Source: Rhodobacteraceae bacterium HLUCCA12 (GTDB lineage Bacteria; Pseudomonadota; Alphaproteobacteria; Rhodobacterales; Rhodobacteraceae). From it: a stretch of DNA of 64,000 nt. The stretch covers positions 1,760 to 65,759 of the forward strand of contig LJSV01000012.1 in NCBI GenBank assembly GCA_001314715.1. The letters run 5' to 3'. Both the position numbers and the translations under genes were made by a program. Below are positions 1 through 6,722 of this stretch, in pieces. The first letter of the stretch is position 1; each line of letters starts with the position of its first letter. Below the pieces are notes generated by a model that was given only the letters and a program-made list of their open reading frames with translations, searched no databases and was not told the origin of the DNA.

Positions 1-2
1 TC

Positions 3-233
3 CTTGCGCGCGTCAGTGCCGGTTCCGGCGTAGCCTTCACGCTGCATGATCTGCGCCGCACTTTCATCACCATCGCCGAAAGCCTCGACGTGCCACACTA
101 CGCGCTCAAGCGACTGTTGAACCACCGCTCCAATGGCGACGTGACCGGCGGCTATATCGTCATCAACGCCGAACGCCTGCGCGAGCCTATGGAAAAGGTG
201 GCAGCGCGCATTCTGGAACTTGCCGGGGCGTGA
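3..233 (+). CDS. int: Tyrosine recombinase/integrase, C-terminal fragment (5' part outside window)
   Basis: Frame from nt 3 reads LARVSAGSGVAFTLHDLRRTFITIAESLDVPHYALKRLLNHRSNGDVTGGY...ELAGA*: HxLRR box, LLNH and catalytic Tyr. Not in the ORF track. Confidence 0.88.
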   Translation, partial: LARVSAGSGVAFTLHDLRRTFITIAESLDVPHYALKRLLNHRSNGDVTGGYIVINAERLREPMEKVAARILELAGA

Positions 234-257
234 CCGGTTCGCATTTGGGTTAGCATG

Positions 258-287
258 GGCATCGCACACCATCGTGCGGTGCCCTTT
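258..287 (+). terminator. Terminator-like hairpin after the integrase
   Basis: GGCATCGCAC-ACCATC-GTGCGGTGCC followed only by CTTT (weak U-tract). Confidence 0.3.
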
Positions 288-426
288 GCGTGCCATCGGA
301 CCAGCCTGCACCTGCTCGAACCTCTTAATCGGGTGATCTTGCAGGCTTTGGCGACGCGCGTGCGCGCATGAGATGGCATTGGACTGTCTTTGACCACACA
401 GGAATCGCAACGAACTTTGCTTGACC

Positions 427-445
427 TGACCCATAGCTCGGGTCA
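427..445. promoter_or_regulatory. Palindromic operator-like site
   Basis: TGACCC-N7-GGGTCA perfect inverted repeat overlapping a TTGACC hexamer at 421-426. Confidence 0.35.
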
Positions 446-450
446 TCCAT

Positions 451-580
451 ATAGGGCGAAAGACAAACCCAGAAGCGGGGTCGCATCCGTGGGGCGGTGA
501 AAGTCCGCAGTCGCGACGGGGAAGGCTATGGCCGGTCCGCATGTTGGTCCGCGCTAACCGACCGGGGCGTATGGCCGAAT
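451..580 (+). ncRNA. Candidate structured RNA between int and alpA
   Basis: Stems GTCGC(480-484)/GCGAC(513-517) enclosing GCGG-TGAAAGT-CCGC(494-508); CCGGTC(532-537)/GACCGG(560-565) enclosing GTTGG/CTAAC. Confidence 0.3.
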
Positions 581-604
581 TTCAGGCACTGGCATCAACC
601 CAGT

Positions 605-618
605 CGTGACACGTCACG
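605..618. promoter_or_regulatory. Palindrome upstream of alpA-like gene
   Basis: CGTGAC-AC-GTCACG, about 20 bp before the ATG at 638. Confidence 0.3.
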
Positions 619-637
619 CGCTCCGAAAGTAATCACA

Positions 638-925
638 ATGGAACCACTTCTTACTCAGGGGAGGGGCATAGCCCTCCCCACTGCTATCGGCCCCAAGCAC
701 AGGGACAGGGCGACAAAGGCGCTTCTTACAACCAAAGAAGTCGCAACACTCACTGGGCTCAGCGCTTCGTATTTCGAAAAGGGCCGCCTCTATGGCTACG
801 GCCCGAAATTCATCCGCCTGCAAGCCACCGGCAAAACTGGCAAGATTCTCTATCGCCTTCAAGCGGTAGAAGAATGGCTGGCGGCGCAGGAGCGCGAACC
901 GGAGGTGTTCAGCCATGGTCGATAG
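638..925 (+). CDS. AlpA/excisionase-like helix-turn-helix protein
   Basis: LLTTKEVATLTGLSASYFEKGRLYGYGPKFIRL...KILYRLQAVEEWL matches the AlpA/HTH_17 pattern; lies between integrase and primase; start moved to ATG 638. Confidence 0.8.
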   Translation: MEPLLTQGRGIALPTAIGPKHRDRATKALLTTKEVATLTGLSASYFEKGRLYGYGPKFIRLQATGKTGKILYRLQAVEEWLAAQEREPEVFSHGR

Positions 926-3212
926 AAAGAAGCCCAGCGCTGAACGAGCAGTTGAATACATAGTCTGGCTGAACAACGACGCACCAATGCACCTTGAATC
1001 AATGTCAAGCCAAGGGAACGCAAGGCCAATTGCAAAGCAGTTCACTCCGGCTGACAGCGCGGCAGCTATCGCCTTCGTGGCGATGGCCAATGCCGAAGAT
1101 ACCCAGCGGAACTTATATTTTCTCCCAAACGCTGAGTTTTTGACAGGTGAGCGCAAGAAGGCCAACTTGACCGGGGCGCGGTTCCTCCATGTTGATCTGG
1201 ATTACAAGGACTATCCGGGCACCCCGGAGGAACAATTCAACTTTGTCACAGCATTGCTGGACGATTCGCGAAAACGGCCGAAGGGTGTCCCAAGACCTAC
1301 CGCGATCTGGTTTACCGGCGGTGGGTGTCAGGCAGTTTGGAAGCTTGCCGATCGGGTCGGAATTGAGCAGGCAGAAGCCTTGAATCAGGCCCTCCTGCTC
1401 GCCTTCCAAGGTGGACCGGGCACACACAACGCTGATCGCCTTCTGCGTGTACCTTGGACGATGAACTGGCTGAATGACAAGAAGCGCGCGTCTGGGCGCG
1501 AACCGGCGCTGGCATGGCACTTTGAACCCATGAAGCTAGACCAACCGCCCCGGACGTACTCGATGGATGATTTTCACGTGAAGTTGCCCAAAGAGGAGGC
1601 CAAGCCCGCTGGGAAGCCCTCGGCGGTGGCCATACCTGCGATTGAGATCGAACCGCTGCCGCTGCCGGATCATCTTTATGAAATCCTTCCGTCTGACCCG
1701 GAATGGGCCGAGGCAATCATGTCGGGCAATAACCCACCCGGCAAAAGCTACGCCTCGCGTTCTGAACTGGTGTACGCCGCTACGATTTGGATGCTTTTTC
1801 GAGGAATGCAGCCGGGGCATGTGCTTTCGATACTTATATCCCCGGATGTAGGTATCAGCGCTCATGTGCTGGAAAACCCAAGCCCACTGGCCTACGCGCA
1901 CCGTCAGGTGGTGCGTGCGATGGCTGCAATTGAGGTGCGTACCGGCGGGTGGCCAATACGTGATGATGACGGTAGGCCGATCCGTAACGATCCACAGAAC
2001 GTTCGCTATGCTTTAGCGGTGAAGGGGGTGGACGCCCAGCGAAACACGTTCACTCAGACCGACGAGTTTCGCGGTTATGGATTGGACGGTCGTGACCTTA
2101 ACGACATCGTAGAAATTCTATCCAGCGCGTTCGCGCGCGAGTTGGATTTCAAGGCAACGCCTGCCGTGATCAAGCGTGAGCTATTGGCCATAGCACATGA
2201 GCAGCAACACCATCCGGTCGAAGACTATCTTGACCAGCTTGTCTGGGACGGGACACCGCGGATCGACCGGTGGCTGACTGATTACTGTGGTGCTGACGAC
2301 ACTGAATTGAACGCTGAGTTCGGCAGCAAGCTCGTGATCGCGGGTGTGCGCCGTATCAAGCAGCCGGGTGTGAAATTCGACACAATGCTGGTGCTCGAAG
2401 GTGCGCAAGGCGCAGGCAAATCCCAGATCGCCCAGCGCCTAGCAATCCGCGATGAATGGTTCTGTGGCAGCCTCGACCTCAAGAGCGACGACAAGACAAA
2501 GGCCGAGCTACTGGCGCGCGCGTGGATCGTAGAATGCCAAGAGCTGGACGGGTTGAACAAGACTAACCAGCAGAATCTTAAGCGGTTCCTGAGCACGGCT
2601 ATCGACACGTACCGTCGCGCATACGCGCGCGATGCCAGCGAAAATCGGCGGCACTGTATTATCCTCGGCACCACCAACGAGCGCAGGTATATGCGTGACC
2701 TTACTGGGAACCGTAGGATGTGGCCGGTACTTGTGGGGAAGATCGACTTGGCTCGCTTTAGCACTGACGTGGACCAGCTCTGGGCCGAGGCCGTGGTGCG
2801 GGAGGCGACGGGTGAGTCCATCACATTGTCGCCGCACCTCTGGGCTGCTGCTGCCGAGCTTCAAGGGCAGCGCATGGTCGAGGATGCCTATGCGGACGTC
2901 TTGGAGGATGCGTTTGCCGAAACCAAGGGCCGCGTTTCAATGGAGAGCGTGAAGCTCCTGCTCGGCATCGACACACCGCGTATGTCTACGATGGATACGC
3001 GGCGGATCAATGCGGTCATGGCAGGGCTGGGGTGGGACTATGGCACCCATCGTCTGCACGACCTCGGACGGCGTGAAAAGGCCCAGCGCAAGGGGTTTGC
3101 GCGCGGCAAAGGTGACGAACGGAAGGTTGAGTACATCGCCCGGCGGATCGAGGGGGGAATCGTGGTGATAGACCGCCTCGACGCACAACATGGCAATGAG
3201 CCGCCGTTTTGA
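915..3212 (+). CDS. AEP (RepB-like) primase fused to VapE/VirE-family P-loop ATPase/helicase
   Basis: N-terminal HVDLD, TGGGCQAVW and NADRLLRVP primase motifs; C-terminal GAQGAGKS Walker A, WIVECQEL, GTTN and DLTGNRR typical of VapE. Confidence 0.88.
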   Translation: MVDRKKPSAERAVEYIVWLNNDAPMHLESMSSQGNARPIAKQFTPADSAAAIAFVAMANAEDTQRNLYFLPNAEFLTGERKKANLTGARFLHVDLDYKDYPGTPEEQFNFVTALLDDSRKRPKGVPRPTAIWFTGGGCQAVWKLADRVGIEQAEALNQALLLAFQGGPGTHNADRLLRVPWTMNWLNDKKRASGREPALAWHFEPMKLDQPPRTYSMDDFHVKLPKEEAKPAGKPSAVAIPAIEIEPLPLPDHLYEILPSDPEWAEAIMSGNNPPGKSYASRSELVYAATIWMLFRGMQPGHVLSILISPDVGISAHVLENPSPLAYAHRQVVRAMAAIEVRTGGWPIRDDDGRPIRNDPQNVRYALAVKGVDAQRNTFTQTDEFRGYGLDGRDLNDIVEILSSAFARELDFKATPAVIKRELLAIAHEQQHHPVEDYLDQLVWDGTPRIDRWLTDYCGADDTELNAEFGSKLVIAGVRRIKQPGVKFDTMLVLEGAQGAGKSQIAQRLAIRDEWFCGSLDLKSDDKTKAELLARAWIVECQELDGLNKTNQQNLKRFLSTAIDTYRRAYARDASENRRHCIILGTTNERRYMRDLTGNRRMWPVLVGKIDLARFSTDVDQLWAEAVVREATGESITLSPHLWAAAAELQGQRMVEDAYADVLEDAFAETKGRVSMESVKLLLGIDTPRMSTMDTRRINAVMAGLGWDYGTHRLHDLGRREKAQRKGFARGKGDERKVEYIARRIEGGIVVIDRLDAQHGNEPPF

Positions 3213-3229
3213 GCTGCGGAGCGTACCAT

Positions 3230-3544
3230 GTAACGTAACATAAGGCCCAAACTGGCCTGCACTACCCGGCGGGGCGCTACGGTGACCCGCCTTTTGCTTT
3301 CCCAAACCCTTCTGACCTAAGTTACGGTTACAAGTTACAAAAACCGGCAAATTCTATGCCTGTGGCCCTCCCTTCCGAAGCCGCCCTGGCGCGCACAGGG
3401 GCGCCCTGTTTGGCCGCCAGCCCCCGGCGGGGGCGAAAAATGGCAGTAGGCCGCTAGACGGCCCGCTCCGGGGCTCTGGCAGCCCCCGCTGCCCGGGGCG
3501 CCGGTGGTGTATGTTACCGCACCGGTGCGCGCCGCTCCGGTTAC
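3230..3544. repeat. GTAAC/GTTAC pentamer cluster, putative replication origin
   Basis: GTAAC at 3230 and 3235; GTTAC at 3321, 3327, 3334, 3513 and 3540, directly downstream of the primase-helicase gene. Confidence 0.5.
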
Positions 3545-3991
3545 TCAACGCTGAAGATATACGTCTTCCACAGCCTTCGGTGACCTTTTCCCACGTTTAC
3601 CTTGGGTGATGTGTGCAGGGCCGCTCAGTCCGCAACTTCTAGAATGGCAACCTCGATGAAGCTGTCTCCATCAAACAAGCAGTCAATACTGAAAGTAAGT
3701 TCGAGGTTAATGAATTTTTGGGCGGTGAATTGGGAAACCAACCTTGAACGTCCGGAGGCATAGGTCGTGAAAGAGACATGCATAATGCGAGAAAATTGAA
3801 CAGTCGATGATGAGTTGCCTCGGCGCGCGCTGCAAGCGCGCAAGATTCTGCCGTAGCGGTCCGCCCTATTGGCTGGGTGGCACCAAAAACCCGACCGTTA
3901 TCCGCATCGTCCGGGCTGAACCATACATTTAATGCCCCACCATTTGCCCGCAAGTCACATAGAACTCACATGCGCCCGGTGATCGCCGAGG

Positions 3992-4369
3992 TTATCGGCG
4001 GGTTATCAAGCCGCGCGGTTGCTTGGCCACCGGTACGGTTCCAGCCTTCCATGAGTGCCCGCATTGCAGACAAGTTACATAGACCTTTCGACTTCCCAAA
4101 AAACCGGAAAGCAACCCGACCGTACCAAGCGCAACCCCTCCCGCAACGGCTTTCCCCAATCCAAACCCCATCTTGTTTGCGGTGACAGACGTGCTGCGGC
4201 ACTTTGGGCATCTTGGGCCGTTTCCGCGGCTATTTTTGGCGGCGATAGCGCCCGAACGCGGTTCATCGCAAGTTGGGGCAAAGCGCTCAATATAGGCCTT
4301 GCTACAGCCGCAACGCGTGCACTTTCCGTCCTCGATCAGGTGTTCGCGCTTCGTGGGAATCTCTGCCAT
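3992..4369 (-). CDS. Zinc-ribbon protein with a Gly-rich hydrophobic hairpin between CxxC pairs
   Basis: CTRCGC...C, then CPKC-(GFGLGKAVAGGVALGTVGLLSGFLGS)-CLQC; ATG at 4369 preferred over TTG at 4381. Confidence 0.75.
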   Translation of the reverse strand: MAEIPTKREHLIEDGKCTRCGCSKAYIERFAPTCDEPRSGAIAAKNSRGNGPRCPKCRSTSVTANKMGFGLGKAVAGGVALGTVGLLSGFLGSRKVYVTCLQCGHSWKAGTVPVAKQPRGLITRR

Positions 4370-4413
4370 ACCATTTCTCAACTATCTGAAAATAAAGACC
4401 GACTTTTGCATGA

Positions 4414-4436
4414 ACATTGCAGCAGAAAGGCAATGT
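4414..4436. promoter_or_regulatory. Operator-like inverted repeat between divergent cargo genes
   Basis: ACATTGC-N9-GCAATGT in an AT-rich spacer. Confidence 0.3.
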
Positions 4437-4476
4437 GCCTCAAAATTTATGCAATAATAGTTTCTTACCAACTACT

Positions 4477-4681
4477 ATGCAAGCTGGCCCATCACGACGA
4501 ACGTCATGGAATCCGAAGAGAACAGGAGTGGCGGGGCCTACATCAAGAGCAGCTTGCGTTCGTGGCTGCCCTGAACCGCGCCTATGTCAGCCGCGTCGAG
4601 CGCGGGGTACGCAACCCCACGGTCATTACCGTCGCCAAGCTCGCTGTCGTACTGGGCGCGGAGCCGTATAAGTTATTGTAA
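4477..4681 (+). pseudogene. Frameshifted XRE-family HTH regulator
   Basis: The HTH body QEWRGLHQEQLAFVAALNRAYVSRVERGVRNPTVITVAKLA lacks an in-frame start; ATG 4477 (MQAGPSRRTSWNPKR) is one frame off, with the junction near 4522. Confidence 0.6.
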
Positions 4682-4704
4682 TGGAAGATTTATTTCGAGA
4701 AGGC

Positions 4705-4780
4705 TGGTGCCGCTGAAGGGACTCGAACCCCCGACCCCATCATTACGAATGACGTGCTCTACCAGCTGAGCTACAGCGGC
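4705..4780 (-). tRNA. tRNA-Thr(CGT)
   Basis: GCCGCTG/CAGCGGC acceptor stem, D arm GCTC/GAGC, anticodon loop TT-CGT-AA, GGTTCGAGTCC T arm, encoded CCA; 76 nt. Confidence 0.97.
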
Positions 4781-4796
4781 ACTCTTCTCTCACATG

Positions 4797-4825
4797 GCCC
4801 TACTATGGCCCTATTAGTTCCACAA
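4797..4825 (-). promoter_or_regulatory. Candidate sigma70 promoter for the intact tRNA-Thr
   Basis: TTGTGG-N17-TAGGGC on the minus strand. Confidence 0.35.
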
Positions 4826-4876
4826 GCCCCGATCTAAGTCACTGGCTTCACAAGTCTTTCTTGGGCGGACCCAATA

Positions 4877-4925
4877 ATTACGAATGACGTGCTCTACCAG
4901 CTGAGCTACAGCGGCACTCTTCTCT
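4877..4925 (-). repeat. Perfect 49-bp copy of the tRNA-Thr 5' half plus 10-nt leader
   Basis: Identical to 4742-4790; offset of 135 bp. Confidence 0.92.
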
Positions 4926-5010
4926 GTTCTGGCCGTACCATGGCCTTGAACGTTACTTTTGCCGCATGGAAGCGACACACTAAAGACGCCAATCAGAGGC
5001 GGCTGCGCAA

Positions 5011-5049
5011 CTTGTGAAAGACGCGCTCGGCCAAACGGGCCACGGCGGC
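5011..5049 (-). pseudogene. Decayed third copy of the tRNA-Thr 5' half
   Basis: GCCGCCGTGGCCCGTTTGGCCGAGCGCGTCTTTCACAAG, 26/39 identical without gaps to tRNA nt 1-39; offset of 134 bp from the second copy. Confidence 0.65.
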
Positions 5050-5070
5050 ACTTCAACCGGCGTGGCGCGG

Positions 5071-5099
5071 TCTTTAGCACTGGCAGGAAGGCGTATCCA
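5071..5099 (-). promoter_or_regulatory. Candidate native tRNA promoter upstream of the decayed copy
   Basis: TGGATA-N17-TAAAGA followed by a GC-rich discriminator, about 25 bp past the hemY stop. Confidence 0.4.
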
Positions 5100-5124
5100 G
5101 TCCCAATTTCAACTTTTTTGCCCG

Positions 5125-6711
5125 CTACAGCCCGCGCCTGCGGGTCTCGTCGAGGTCGATCACCTCGGCGTCGGGGATCGGCTGTTGGGCCGGGTCGCGG
5201 GCGGTATCGCCGTTCCTGGCGGTCTCGGTCTCTGCGGCGGGGTCCGGCGTCGAAACCGCGGCCGGATCTTCGACCGGTTCGGCTTTCCCTGCGCCGGCGG
5301 GTTGATCATGCGAGATCCTGTCGCCGCGCGGAGGGCTGGACGCGCCGATGATCAGGGGCAGCATTTCTGTGCCAGCGGCACTTGCGCCCCCGCCGTCTGC
5401 CGGGCTGCGCCAGCTGAGCGTGTCGAACCCCTCGCAGTTGTCGCACACGGCATGCCAGCGCGGATGAATGTGATGACACTTGTCGCATACCCATTGCGGC
5501 CCTCGTGGGGCGATCACGGCGCGCGCCAGCCAGCCGCGAACAACGGCATCATCCGACCCCTCGCCCCGGTCGATCGCGGCCATGATCGTCATCACACGCT
5601 GCGTGGGGTTCGTCTGGTGCAGATCGCCGATGGCGCGCCGCGCCTCGGGGAAATCCTCGGCCGCGATCAGCAATTCGGCGCGGGTCATCCGCGCCTCGTC
5701 ACCCTCGCTCAGCGCAAGAAACTTCTCGAACCGGCGCACACGCTGGGCGGCGGGTTCGTCCGGTTCGATCTCGGCAAAGGCCTGGGCCAGTTCCGGGTGC
5801 GGCTGTAGCTTCCATGCCTTTTTCAGGACTTTCGCGGCGGCGCTGCCTTTGCCGCGCGCAACCAGGGCGCGCGCTGCCATGACCGCGGCCGGCACCAGCG
5901 CCGGTGCGGTCTTGTGGGCCTCGATCGCCAGGTCCTGCGCCATTGTCGTGTTGCCCTCGGCGGCCAGGGCCTCGGCTTGTTGCAATGCCAGAACCGCATC
6001 GCGGCGGACATAGACATCCCTGGGCAGGCGGCCGGTGCGGCGGGTTTCGGTCAGGGTCCGACGGGCGCCCTGCCAGTCGCCGGCCTTGTTCTGAAGTTGC
6101 AGCAGGATGTCCTGCGTCGATCCATGGGCGGGTTGCAGCGCCAGCGCCTTTTCCGCGAGCTTGCGGGCCTTGTCGGCTTCGCCTTGTTCCAGCTTGTGTC
6201 GCATCAACCCCTGAACGCCGACGAAGCGCGCGCGCTCGTCATCCAACAAGCGCTTGTAATACTCTTCCGCCAGCGCGGTGTTGCCGTTCTTGCGTGCGGC
6301 CTGCGCCATCAGCAGATTTGTCAGCGCCTTGTTTTCCAGAAGCTTTTCGGCCTTGCGCGCCTTGGTCAAGGCTTTCTCGCCCTCATCGGCGGCCAGTGCC
6401 AGAAAGCCGTCTGTCAGGGCTTCGAGGCCGCGGCGCTTGCGTGAGGCCTCGAAATAGCGGCTGATCGCGGTTTCGTCACCGTTGATGAAACGCAATGTCG
6501 CGACGACCAGCCCGGCCAGCTTGAGCAAGAGCCACAGGACGGCCAGCAAGACCAGGGCCGCGATCGCGGCCTGAACCGGACCCAGCGTGAATTCCGTGCC
6601 GGCCAGAGCGATGCGGATCCCCGCTTCAGTGTCCAGCAGCGCATCTGCCCCCAGCGTCAGGCCGGCCACGACCAGAAGGAACACCGCGATCTTGAGTATG
6701 GTCCAGAGCAT
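5125..6711 (-). CDS. hemY: HemY-family membrane TPR protein
   Basis: Two N-terminal TM segments, Ala-rich TPR-like helices, C-terminal CDKC...CDNC; adjacent to COG4223 and hemD. Confidence 0.85.
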   Translation of the reverse strand: MLWTILKIAVFLLVVAGLTLGADALLDTEAGIRIALAGTEFTLGPVQAAIAALVLLAVLWLLLKLAGLVVATLRFINGDETAISRYFEASRKRRGLEALTDGFLALAADEGEKALTKARKAEKLLENKALTNLLMAQAARKNGNTALAEEYYKRLLDDERARFVGVQGLMRHKLEQGEADKARKLAEKALALQPAHGSTQDILLQLQNKAGDWQGARRTLTETRRTGRLPRDVYVRRDAVLALQQAEALAAEGNTTMAQDLAIEAHKTAPALVPAAVMAARALVARGKGSAAAKVLKKAWKLQPHPELAQAFAEIEPDEPAAQRVRRFEKFLALSEGDEARMTRAELLIAAEDFPEARRAIGDLHQTNPTQRVMTIMAAIDRGEGSDDAVVRGWLARAVIAPRGPQWVCDKCHHIHPRWHAVCDNCEGFDTLSWRSPADGGGASAAGTEMLPLIIGASSPPRGDRISHDQPAGAGKAEPVEDPAAVSTPDPAAETETARNGDTARDPAQQPIPDAEVIDLDETRRRGL

Positions 6712-6722
6712 GGGGTTTCCCT

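Larger units (their letters stand above)
1..4704. mobile_element. Small integrative island / phage-satellite-like element (left end outside window)
   Basis: Integrase C-terminus, AlpA-like HTH, primase-VapE and cargo directly abutting the CCA end of tRNA-Thr; visibly more AT-rich than the backbone; no capsid, terminase or tail genes seen. Confidence 0.8.

Noticed and set aside
455-520. c-di-GMP-I or FMN riboswitch
   Set aside because: Only fragments resemble them (ACAAAC..GGG.CGCA; GCGGTGAAAGTCCGC); the remaining required helices are missing and the context is wrong.
3600-3990. Small ORFs 3625-3843, 3639-3953, 3877-4185 in an AT-rich stretch
   Set aside because: No RBS, motif or consistent frame. 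May be a decayed cargo gene, but unsupported.
4055-4681. 208-aa ORF as one gene
   Set aside because: The N-terminal part is antisense to the Zn-ribbon gene; only the last ~55 codons are HTH-like.
1-4704. Intact prophage
   Set aside because: No terminase, portal, capsid, tail or lysis genes in the visible part.
524-4945. Recurring ATGGCC hexamer in the int-alpA leader and tRNA spacers as a shared binding site
   Set aside because: ATGGCC is very common in this GC-rich genome; cannot be distinguished from chance.
4705-5049. CRISPR array interpretation of the periodic repeats
   Set aside because: The repeat is a tRNA half, the spacers are ~95 nt and homologous to each other, and there are no cas genes.
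4584-5080. ORFs 4584-4769 and 4814-5080
   Set aside because: They are read-throughs of tRNA and tRNA-half sequence with no protein-like features.
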